Assembly: GCF_001186125.1 (NCBI RefSeq)
Contig: NW_014040466.1
Coordinates: 44,646-97,800, forward strand
Length of the DNA: 53,155 nt
Direction of reading: 5' to 3'
Source: Sphaeroforma arctica JP610
Lineage: Eukaryota
Under the pieces are notes generated by a model. That model was not told the origin of the DNA. It was given only the letters and a program-made list of their open reading frames with translations, and did not search any database. Shown piece by piece: positions 1 to 12,114 of this stretch; the first letter of the stretch is position 1, and every line of letters begins with the position of its first letter. Position numbers and translations under genes: made by a program.

Positions 1-936
1 CTCCAAATCCAATAAGTCTTTTCTTTTTTTAACTTTTCTTCAGATGGAACTTTATTTATATCAGCTAATGTATAAACGTGACTTACGTTATTATGTCTAT
101 CTATAAATTATGCATGTGGTCATGAACACTTAGTACTTCTAGTGAAAATTATTCAATAAAGAACAGCTAGAGGTACGCCCTGTGTGACCGAGGATATTTA
201 GGCTCTTAACAAGAGGCAGTCCCGATCATTCTTACACAAGCTACCACTGCTAAATCCTAACTGACTAAATTGTATTTTACTTTAATATAGTTTGAAACCT
301 AGTAATTTCCATCGAAGTTTACACTGGTTATGGGTAAACCGCCAACCTCAAACCGAGACACAGCCAGACACGACAGCTTCAATCGCTGCTTCGAGTCTAC
401 ACCAATCCGGCTCTGTGCTATGATTGTAACGAATACGTACATGTTCACATTGCTCGACTACCGCACCGACGGCTGTCTCTCCCCTTTCTGCCCCGGTAGC
501 CAGATATACTACTTGTTGGAACAACCAAGTAGACGCCATCTGAATCGTTCAGACGCAATATTGAATAATACAAAATACCACTCTCACTACCAGGCCTCAA
601 ATAGAAACCAAGGCATCACAAGGACCGGCAGTACATGTTACTGAGGTATGATCTGATTCCACACAATCAAAGAAAAGTGCATTGCTATCGAAGGCATTCT
701 ACAAGAAGATACGCTCAAACAGAGAAGTTGCTTACGAAGCACACAAGAACAAACCTCTTAAGTAGCTGAGGAGCAACTTTCATGTTATATATGATCATAT
801 AACCAACTGATGGTTAAATCAAACGTTGATCGGATACTTGCCTCAAAATCTTCTATTGAGATTGGGTCGAAAAGTCTTCAAGTCTAAAGGATGACGCAGT
901 GAAATAATTTGAGAAAGGTATTCTAAAATGGTACAG

Positions 937-1079
937 AAGGCAGAGTCATGCTTTTGAGTATATGGATACGATTAGAACTGAAAAAGACTGCAATAGTACG
1001 TTTCTGAAATGGTGAAGGCAGAGTCATGCCTTTGAGTATATGAATAAGATTAGAACTGAAAAATATTGCAAATGTACGT
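937..1079. repeat. Direct duplication of about 78 bp
   Basis: gaaggcagagtcatgc.tttgagtatatg.ata.gattagaactgaaaaa.a.tgcaa..gtacgt occurs twice, at about 937 and about 1015. Confidence 0.8.
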
Positions 1080-2397
1080 AATTTTACACTTGAATTTTAA
1101 TTAATATATTCGTTTGAAGTGTATCTACAACATATGAAATGATTGAAAAATTAAACAGATAGAACGCAGCAAATTTGCGCCTGTAAAAAGAGTATTTAAA
1201 ATACAATGAGCCGTCACACTGGGCTATCATTGATTTTGTTGAGCAGTCCATGTCTGAACATACAAAATATGAGTATGTCTGTCACATGTTTGATCTTGCT
1301 TCACGATATAGCGTATTATATTTCTTGGATCATGTATCAATTCAAACTGTAGCGAAGAGGATCTATAAATGTTTCGCTGATTCTAGCAGGTCAACATAAT
1401 AAGTACTGACAACGGTAGTGAGGATCCAGAATATGTTGTGATGACACTACTACTCGTTGCAGCCAGTAGTGAGGCTACAGAAGGTGTTATGAAGACACTG
1501 ATTCTCGTTACAGGCACATGTCATATGATGGCTGTAATTTATAAACCTCAGACGCAAGGTGCTAATAAGGTGTGCGACAAAGAAAAATGAAGAAGTTTAT
1601 GCGTGGAGTATTGCTAGATAATGCTGATTTGTAATCTTTTTCAATCAACTGGGTCAGACTCACATGGACGAGAATAGTTACCACTTACTAGTTCGGGGAC
1701 CGATATAATGAATTATAAGTCTTGCAATTATGTTTCGACGTATCTGTCCCAGCATTTTCACTGGATAACGTTTAAAGTTTATACGTTTAGAAAATAAGTT
1801 TTGTATGTGCTTCTACTATTGGGAGTCTACTGTTCTTACAACATGATCTACAAGCGGTGAGACTGTATATCTCTATCCCTGTAGAGTCGCATATGCACAT
1901 CCATCGCTGAAAGAATTTTGTCTCTCTGAAGAATAAGCGGAAATAACTCTGTTTGGATTGAAGACGTTTGTTGACAATGCAATGATGGTCATCCCCCATT
2001 GCCGCAATATGCAGTGACAATCTTTGCCTTGGTCGTCAATCGCATATACTGGCGCGGTATCGCCAGAGATCGCAATCATGTGGCTACTACCCTTTCACAC
2101 TCCATGCAAACGGCTTGCCTCGACGGAATTACCTTCCATCATTCAGATTTCGCATGTCAAGTTGCGTGTACTTGTTGCCCGGGGGAGAGTAAAAATCTCT
2201 TTAGACGTTTGGGCTTCGGACAGAATGTCCAAGGGTACCGACTGTCCGAACCCGCCCGCGTTGTCCAGGAAAGGTCAATCGCGGTGCTGGATGTCTTACC
2301 GCACACGACGAGTGTACTATATATTTATTACTGAAAGCGTAAAATTTTCTAAGTCCCTGTCAACATTATCTCCGATTTTTTGTCCGTCCCCAAAAAA

Positions 2398-2448
2398 CGT
2401 CGGTGACGCTTAAAACCGTCGGTGACGCTAAAAATTGTCGGTGACGTT
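2398..2448. repeat. Three tandem copies of gtcggtgacg(ct)aaaa; possible subterminal repeats of a DNA transposon
   Basis: gtcggtgacg occurs three times at 18-19 bp spacing, at the boundary with AT-rich intergenic DNA. The transposon interpretation is inference. Confidence 0.55.
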
Positions 2449-5400
2449 ATTTGACCCATTTGTAGACCCCCATGGAGTCCCTCCTTATTTCTGAAGGAAA
2501 GACTCCACATTTATTTGTATAATTTTGTTTTTGTTCGGCGCACAAAATAAATTACCTCTATAATTAAGCGTTTTCATCCCCGCGGCGTACCAGCCGTGTT
2601 TTATTATATATTTACTGAGACCTTCAGGATTTTATTACTTACAAAAAAAATAGAAATGAAACCTTTTTTGTAGAAATAAAACTATAAGAATATAAATTTA
2701 CCTCACAATGCTCACATTCCAATGAAGTAGGATGTAAATTTTAAAATTTTATAACGATTTTAGATTGGATCACTGGAAGTCGAAAGTTCGAAACAGGTTT
2801 TATATGCATTGAATAAAAAATTGCAGCCTAATGGCGATTTTCTGTAACGTTTGAACTACTAGTATTTGAGTGTCGAGACTCGAGAGTCGAGACCTACATA
2901 GTTTGCATTAAGCCATTTTGCAAGATTGGTCAATTTTGATATCAGATCTTACAGCAATGAAAACAACGAATTTTGAGGCCTGATAGTTTGCTGATTGTAC
3001 TCGCAGTTCGCGCCCAGTAATATTTCATATATATATATATATATACTCTAGTAATAAAGTTTAGGTTGTAGAACGACTAGATTACTAGAATCCCGAGATC
3101 AAAAATGTGATTTGAAAAAGAAGTGTTTGATTTTGCTCATCTGGATTCTGGCATTTATGCTTTTTTGGTAAAATTTAATCGACATTAGGTTCCCGATCTC
3201 GGATCCCCAGAAAAGTCAGCACTTTTTTTCCAATATGACCGTAGGAGTAAAACGTTTTGTTCAAGAGAAATTTGCTGAGGCGAGTCCTTTTTTTGTGTCG
3301 GGAGGTTCGAGCCTCTCTAGGCGGCCCTTTCGTCGACAAAGGGCGAGCCGAGAGGTGCAACAAGTCTGTTTACCGAGCCACCGAGTCGTAGGCAGCAAAG
3401 AGTTGTGCCGTGATTTTTTTTACACCTACGGTCCTATTGGACAAAGAACGCGGTTATTTTCAACATGAGCCCTCGGATGCAAATATCCAATAGGACTCTA
3501 ATTCGGTTTTTATGTCATGTAAAATTTGCCGGTCGCATTGTGTTTTTTGTCATGTGCAATAAAAAAAGACAATTTGTTTTTTTAAAAAATATAGCCAATT
3601 CATAGGTGCCAAGAATTCGGGTTTTAATTTTTATGTCGTTTACATTTTTTTGTCATGTACAATTTGCCGGTCGCATTTATTTTTACTGGTTTTGTCTTGT
3701 ATAATTTGCCGACATTATTGAACCAATGGGTTTCTGAAGTTCATGTTTTATCTTTGGCTTAAAAGTTTTCAATTTTGCGTATGTATGACGTGTATTTAGA
3801 AGCACCTGTAGAAAAAATAACGACCTGTTTTCAACCTTGGTGGTACAAACTGATAATATTTCTGTAAAATTGTGTTTTCAGTATAAAATTACTCCAATTT
3901 TCGAGTGCAAATCGTCTCTATTTATATACAAACGATTTACAATTCGACATCGGTTGCAGATTAATTTGATCTGTACCAGATTCTAGGTCAATTTGAATAT
4001 AATATAGAACAGAAAATATCAGTCTGTTTTTCAGATTTATTTACGACAAATGTCCTAAATTTAGATGACATACATGACATCAACAAGGTATATCTAACCG
4101 GTCAAATACATGTCTAGTTTTAACCCCCGGTCGCGGGCCGTCGAGGACTCCCTCGAGTCCTCGATACTAAATGGGTTGAATTTTTGAATTTTTGAGTTTT
4201 TTATTAGTATCAAAAGCCTAAAAATCAAAATCAAAATGGGACAGTGAGGCCTGAGCCTCTGACGAGGTACATATTTTAAAATTGGAAATTGAGAAAACTA
4301 CTGTGTTTTGTGCTAGAAAAAAACCCCTGCATCAAATTGGGGTTTTAGACATAAATGTTCAGGTATATATATACTGGTTCAAATTAGAATCTAGGATCAT
4401 TTTGACGACTACACTTACAAGCTTACGCTTTCAGTGATAAATATTTACCATCAGTCGCGCGCGTTCTCTCTGTCCAGCACGCAAGAAAGGGTGTAAATTC
4501 GACGCAAAAGCTTAAAGCGAGGGCCCAATGAGTCTAGGTCACCGGGACCTCTGTAGAGTAGGGTCAGCAGGCCAGGGGCCAGCCGGCCAAGGCGGCGCTT
4601 CGGCGGAAAGGACAACGACCCTTTTCAAGTTTTCAGCAAAATCACGGACGTCAGACTTTCTGAATAAAAATCTAAAATAAATAATTTAGAAGGTTATGAA
4701 AAAAAAGAAGAAAAAAAGGTCCGCCAGTCCGGCGCTGATGTCAGTGATGACTGTCGGTCAGTCGAGAGGCCCACAGGGGGATATTCGCCAAATATTTCAT
4801 AGCCTTCTGAAATCAAACAAATATTTAATTTTTAATATTTTACAACAACAAAACAAAAGAAAACATATTTTGTTAAAAAAAAAACACACAACAACGATGT
4901 TGTTTTGCTAAAAAAACAACCAAAAATAGTAGATTTTATCCAGAGCAGAGTGAGAACCAGAATCCAATAAAAAATATATTATAAAACTATGAAAAACGGT
5001 GCGTCCTAAAAATAGAAAGAGCTTTTTGTATTGTTGTTTTTCAAAAAACAAAAATTAGAAATGAAGACAGAAGGCTTGCAGTCAGTGAAGGCTGGAGCTG
5101 CAGTCGCGAGTGCAGACTCTGCAGAGTCCACACGCAGATATATGGTTTGTTTTAAAAAGAAAGAAAAAAGTGATGAGACCCATAGCCTTCTAAATACATA
5201 TTTAAAAAACAGACATACAGAGGCTAAGCCGCTATTTAGTAAATATCGTGACATTGTCAGACAGTGATAAATAAATGGGGAGTTGGTTAGATAATAAAAT
5301 AAATAAATAGTACAACTACTCTCCCAAAGGATGTTATTGGCCCGAGGCCGCCGAAGGGCCCGGGAGCTACGCGAATTAAAATAACATCCAGTACGACTGT

Positions 5401-5644
5401 ACTTACATATTTACAGTATTGAATTTGCCAAAACGACTTTATTTATACGACATACCTTGTCAGTTTCGAAAAGTCTAAAACAACACCAGAGCATGGTCAA
5501 CTATGTAAGCGGATATATATATTCTTAGTGGTCGCCCTCATACATTCAGTTGTAAACTGTGTGCACAAAAAGAAAGCCTTCTGGATTTGCAATAGCTATA
5601 GGAGTTAGGAGCGCAGCTTGCTGAGATCACAAAAGTATCTCACG

Positions 5645-8600
5645 ATGGCAAACGAAACACCAGACGCCGGCTCGGATTCGGCGATCACCGATACCAACGT
5701 AGTCAACGGATTGACGACTGCTTCTAATACTACAGAGCCAACCGACGCACGGGATGAAGCTATTGTGGATGAACCCGTCTCAGCTGCGGCAGAGGAGCTA
5801 CATCCAGAGCCTAAAACTACAGCTGGAGAGGAATTAACTATAAAAAAGGATCCAAGTATCCATGATTTACCTAATTGTGAGCCCCCTAAGCCCACATCGG
5901 TTGATGTTCCCATGGCTACAGGCGACGGCGGAGACAATGACTACAAAAACTTAACCCAAGAAGCAGCTCTGCGTAAGTTAGAATCGAGTAAGGATGGTCT
6001 TACTACTAAAGAGTATGAACAAAGACTGCAACAATATGGACCAAATGCATTGCCCACTGTTGAGAAGAACAAACTATGGGAGTTTTTCAAGTTCCTATGG
6101 AATCCTTTAAGTTGGGCTATGGAGGTTGCTGCCATACTGTCAATCATTTTATTAGATTACGTAGACTTCGTTCTTATCATTATCCTCCTGTTACTAAATG
6201 CCGCGATCGGTTACAAGGAGGAGGCTGCAGCTGGTGATGCTATTTCCGCACTTGCAGCGTCACTGGCACCAAAGGCTAAGGTGTACCGAGATGGAGCTAT
6301 AGTCACAATTGAAGCGATAAATCTCGTCCCCGGTGATGTGATCCTGGTACGGTTAGGGGATGTAATTCCCGCAGATATTAAATTGCTCGGGGAGGATCAC
6401 CAAGAGCCATGTCAGATTGATCAGGCAGCACTAACGGGCGAGTCATTGCCAGTTAAAAGATTTGTTGGAGAATGCGCCTATTCCGGTTCAACTGTGAAGC
6501 AGGGTGAAACACGTGGATTGGTTTACGCAACCGGTGCCAATTCTTTTTTTGGAAAAGCGGCTGCACTCATAAATGGTACCGAGAATCCTGGGCATTTGCA
6601 GCAGGTCATGACAACCATTGGTGCAACTTGCATTATAACCATTATATTCTGGGCTGTCATTGAGCTGGGTGTTCAGTTTGGTCACTACGATCATGGGTGT
6701 TCTCTCGGGAGCCAAGGCTCGTGTCCTACACTATCCAATCTGCTAGTTATCATCGTGGGAGGCATCCCTATTGCAATGCCCACGGTGCTGTCCGTCACGC
6801 TCGCACTGGGTGCCAGTGCTCTCGCCAAGCATGGGGCAATCGTATCACGCTTAACTGCCATTGAAGAAATGGCCGGCATGGATATGTTGTGCTCAGACAA
6901 GACTGGAACACTTACTCTCAATCAACTGAGTGTGGACAAGCCGAACTTGAAAGCTCAAGAGAGCGCAGGATTCACACAAGGCGATATTTGCCTCTATGGT
7001 GCATTGGGAGCTAAAATAGAGAACGAAGAACCAATTGATCTGTGCTGTCACGAGGCATACGACGGGAAAGATACACTTTGGGACAACTACACATGCATCA
7101 AGTATGTACCATTCAACCCGAACGACAAGCGGACAATCGCGACTATCAAACCCAAAGACGGCAGTGAAATATTTCGCTGCACCAAGGGCGCTCCGCAGGT
7201 GATCTTGAAAATGGCTCACAACTACGAAGAGATTAAGAACCAATTCGAGGACACTATTCTGGAGTACGCTGGACGTGGTTATCGGGTAAGTTGTATACGG
7301 TCTTGTCGTAGTGTTCGCGGCATTTATCCTTCGCTAAAGAATAACGTGCGTATGACTAAAGGAAAAAGGTACTGATGCTCATACAAGAGCCAATTAGAAT
7401 CTTTAGGGCGCCGAGTGATACAAATGTGTATAGATGTAGCATCCCACCCAGCTATCTCTACAGTCTCTACAAGCTATAGAAATTTACGGCAGATGGACCA
7501 ATGTTCTCCGCCTATGTCTAGTAGCATCAATAGCTCGTAGATGACATTGAATTTTACAAGACAGAATCACAATCGGTTATCTCTAGAAGAATGCGTTGCG
7601 CATTCTGTCAAGGATCCTCTTTTACAACCCCTGCTTAGCAGCATCAATAGTTCGTATATCTGAAGTAGTGAGCAGCACATTCATCCGACAGAACAATCTA
7701 CGGCAAACACAACGCGGTTCTTTTAAACTAACTGACTTGCTATTTCGGTTTTAGGCTTTGGGAGTCGGCAAATCAATGGGCGAAGACAGTGAGAAATGGG
7801 AGTTTGTGGGACTTATTCCTATTTTCGACCCCCCTCGTCATGATACCAAAGACACGATCGAGAAGTGCATTGAATTGGGTATTGGAGTCAAGATGATTAC
7901 AGGAGATCAGCTTCCCATCGGTATTGAGACAGCCAGACAACTAGGTATGGGAACAAACATGTACACAACCGAGGTACTCAACGAGGGGCATGGCGAACAC
8001 AAACTTATTAAAGGAGCTCTCACACTCGACGATCTCATCGAACAAGCTGACGGCTTCGCTGAGGTTTTCCCTGAACATAAGTACGAGATTGTCGCTCGCT
8101 TACAGAAGATGGGCCACATCACAGCAATGACTGGTGATGGGGTGAACGATGCCCCGGCTTTGAAGAAGGCTGACATTGGAATTGCCGTTGCAGACGCTAC
8201 TGACGCCGCCCGGGCGGCATCGGATATCGTACTAACAGAAAGTGGACTTGGTGTGATCATCCATGCGATTATCGAAGCCAGGAAGATCTTCGGAAGAATG
8301 AAGTCATACGCCAAGGTACGGATACAGACTTGACTGAATTATTCTCTCCGTGTGAAGTGTTCACTAAATTGTCGCAATATTTGCATGTATGCGCAGTATA
8401 CTTATTTGCTTGTTTGGAGTGACAATGTATCAGAGACTGAGGATTTATGTTTTTGAAGTCTTCGTTTAAATGCCTCCTATTTGCCTGTGCATGCCGGGTA
8501 TTACTACGTGTGTTTCACGCTAACGAAATCTAATATCATGCATGTTAAACCGAGCTAGTTTACGATCATAATTACTCACGTTTACCTCTCCTCCCCCCAT

Positions 8601-9581
8601 CCCCCTCCTCTATCATAACAGTACACCATCGCCATGACGTTCCGTATCTGCTTCACCTTCGGTCTACTGACCACCATCTACAACTGGTACTTCCCCACCA
8701 TCCTGATTGTGCTGCTGGCTATCTTCAATGATGGTGCCATGATTTCACTGTCCAAAGATCGTGTTTCACCCAACCATAACCCGGATGCGTGGTTCCTGAA
8801 GAAGCTGTTTATTGCGGGACTTATCTACGGCCTATACCTAACCCTGTCCTCCTGGGTCCTCTTCTATGTTGCGTCACACACCAACTTCTTCGAGGGCGGG
8901 TCAGCTCTGAACCTTTCACCATCACTGTACTACACAGACTCATCGAACTACTGCCTGACACAAACTGACGCCACCACGGGCGCAATCATCACAGCCGGAA
9001 CCCAAGCCTACACGTTGTGCGTTACCGAAGTCACCTGGGAGCGACAGAGTCGACTTCGTGCGTTGATGTACAGTCAGGTGTCCATCAGTGGCATGGCTCT
9101 GATCTTCATCACACGCACGTCTAAAATCTCGTGGATGGATAGACCAGGTATGTCCATCTTGGCGGCCTTCATATTCTCTCAGGTAGTGTCTTCACTTATC
9201 GCTGGCTTTGGGTTCGATGGCTACGAACGACCCGACCCATCGCAGTTATGTGTGTACTGCGAGGACTACACCGCAGCCGCACCCATTCCCGGAGATAACG
9301 AGAGTAGGTTCAATGCATCCTTGTTGGGGTGCGGAATCTGGGTGCTGATCTCCTGGATCTGGTGCATTATATGGTATGTGCCCATGGATCTGATCAAGAT
9401 GGTGTTACAGTACGTTATGGACGAGGAGAAGCCCGTGTTCTTTGTACAGAAGGATGTGGTCAACCCCCACTTCCAGGGTTCCATCTCACGCGCCTCCTCT
9501 TTGGGCCGTCCGCGCAACGGTGCTTCAGTCTCGACTGGAAATCCACGCGCGAGCCGTGTGGTAAGAGGGAGTGTGATGTAG
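5645..9581 (+). CDS. PMA1: Plasma-membrane H+-ATPase (P-type ATPase, subfamily IIIA), 3 exons, 1053 aa
   Basis: Exons 5645-7285, 7755-8315, 8622-9581 (3162 nt). GT-AG introns join GYR|ALGVG and YAK|YTIAM in frame. Motifs: [40 protein letters not shown], phosphorylation site [47 protein letters not shown], and M6 AIFNDG with the proton-binding Asp. Confidence 0.96.
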
Positions 9582-9937
9582 GTAGGGTGATTGACAATGC
9601 CATTTCATATCTGGAGTCAGAGCTCGAACTTTGTATTTGGCTTCACAGGATACACGTGTGGGTGGGTATTGGTTAAGATGATAACGGTTGATTGGCCAGC
9701 GCTCCGTCTAACTTTAGAAGAAACGTCTATAAAAATTGACACATAAGAGTACCCAAAATAAGCGGTGTAATGCACGGGGCCGTGGCGATGAGAACGAGAG
9801 TAGTCCTGTGCTGATTTTAGTATTTTGCAGTATCTAAGCAAATAAACAGTTGATATACATGACTATTTTGGTAATTCTGGTTTATACCGATGAAAGGAAA
9901 GGAAAGACTCATGACGTGCGAGCAAGTCGTCGTAAAT

Positions 9938-10006
9938 GGCATCCAGTGGTGGTACGCCTGTCGATGTGAAGGGCATCCAGTGGTGGTACGCCTGTCGATG
10001 TGAAGG
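9938..10006. repeat. 34-bp tandem duplication downstream of PMA1
   Basis: ggcatccagtggtggtacgcctgtcgatgtgaag occurs twice in tandem. Confidence 0.9.
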
Positions 10007-10366
10007 TATGTTCGAAATGGAACGAGCATAAAGTGCTTGGTAGTGCAGTAGTCGTGGAGATGCAATAGGACGGACTGGTAGTCGATCAAAATTATGACTG
10101 TTTAGTTTTATAGCTTCGCCAACAGTTTAACTTTCATGGTATTGTATCTAATTTAGGAGGCTATTTATTTATTTTTGGATTAATTGCGCACCCAGCACGC
10201 CAATCGCATTCATTGTACAATGTCTATCCCTCGCGCTCTACTGCATTACATGAACAACCTGCTAGCGACGGACGGAATTCAAACAACAAAATCACAATAC
10301 ATTAGTGATAATAATATGATACTATGGTCGTACAAGTATTTGCATTTGTTATTAATTTCCATACAC

Positions 10367-12012
10367 CTATTCCTGTTTGACGAACGAGATGTCGCGTCCT
10401 TCGAATGTAGGCGTTAGGCCTTTCTCCTCCAGCCATTCGCTATTGAACGTTGTAGCTCTGTACCTCTCCCCACTGTCGCATAGTATTGTACACACAGTGA
10501 TAGGGATTTTCGCCTCCGCTCCCTCGTGCACCGTACTCGCTCCCTTCATATTTAGTGTGGCCAGAAAACAGATTCAGGAATTGAATTATCGGAGGGAGAT
10601 CACAAATTTATATTTCAAAAAAAGATTGTCAAACAAAACTTTTGGCGTTTGGACAGTGTAAAGTTTTTTAATATTTGGCTATCCCTGATCACCGTGGTAA
10701 AGCCGTAGTACAGTAAAACAGGAGAACAAATTCGTCCAGCAGCGAGAGATATGCTAAACGGGTTAAAGGTGCGAGGAACAATTCGGGCACGACCCCATAG
10801 TGGAGGAGTGTAGTGTTTCGGTGCATCCATGTCTAAATTCAAATATCAGGCCTGCCAATATTGGGACAACACATCAAATTGCGACCCTCGGCTAAATCCG
10901 ATTTCAACACACCTTCGTAGTAGGCCACTGTTTTGCGAGACGTCGGACGAGTTTCACGGCACCCACACAGTTGAGGGCGGCGGAGGGACCGACGAACAAG
11001 CCCTCATTTCTCAGCAGAAAGTGTGCCATTTCAACAGCCTCCGTATCATTGCCCCTGAAAGAGTGTGCAGCACTAATAGCTGAACATGCTTGCGTTATAG
11101 TACAGCACTAATGGATGAATTTTGCTTGCGGTATAGTACAGCGCTAATAGCTGAATTTGCTTGTGTCATAGTACAGCACGAATGGATGAATTTTGCTTGC
11201 GTTATAGAGCACTAATGGATGAATTTTGCTTGCGTTATAGTACAACACTAATGTATGAATTTTGCTTGCGTTATACAGCACTAATGGATGAATTTTGCTT
11301 GCGTTATAGTACAGCACTAATGTATGAATTTTGCTTGCGTTATACAGCACTAATGGATGAATTTTGCTTGCGTTATAGTAAAGGACTAATAGCTGAATTT
11401 GCTTGCGTCATAGTACAGCACTAATGGATGAATTTTGCTTGCGTTATCTACCTGTCTGTTCTGGTTGTTTTTAACTTGGCGAGATTTTTATATGGGGGTG
11501 CATGTGCCTGGGTACACCTATGCAGTCGCTTGCAAGGGTATAATAACTGCGCATCAATGAAGATTCCAATATATATATATATACTATCTAGTGGCGAGTA
11601 AAATTCGCTGCGGACATGTATCGCAAAATATGGTTATTGCAAATGTGATCACCTTGACATGTGTGCCGAAGTTTTTATGCATCAAATGTACCAGAAATAC
11701 GTTCGGCATGTACCTATTCCTTTTATGGCATAGTTTGATGTAAGATGCTTGGTTGTACCAGAATGGTATGGTAAATTAGGTGCAATTACCCATCTCCCTC
11801 CAGGGAGAAGCAAATTGCACGGCTCATATGTGAAGACTTGCGATGTTACGATACGTTGGAGCGTTCACGAAGAGAAAATTGGAACATAAAATTGCCACAG
11901 TTTTGATGTAGAAGGAATGTTGATTATGAGAATGAACATAGATGTCAAAGCGATTTTAAGCCCATACAGCAGATCGGTGCATTTATATATATATATATAG
12001 ATATATAGATAT

Positions 12013-12058
<46 letters not shown>

Positions 12059-12060
12059 GT

Positions 12061-12114
<54 letters not shown>

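Noticed and set aside
9910..10010. SECIS-like element (ATGA...AAA...GA) downstream of PMA1
   Set aside because: Spacing does not fit the SECIS consensus, the region is a simple 34-bp duplication, and PMA1 has no in-frame UGA.
11068..11447. 33-36-bp repeats as a CRISPR array
   Set aside because: Units are directly tandem with no unique spacers, the context is a eukaryotic intron, and there are no cas genes.
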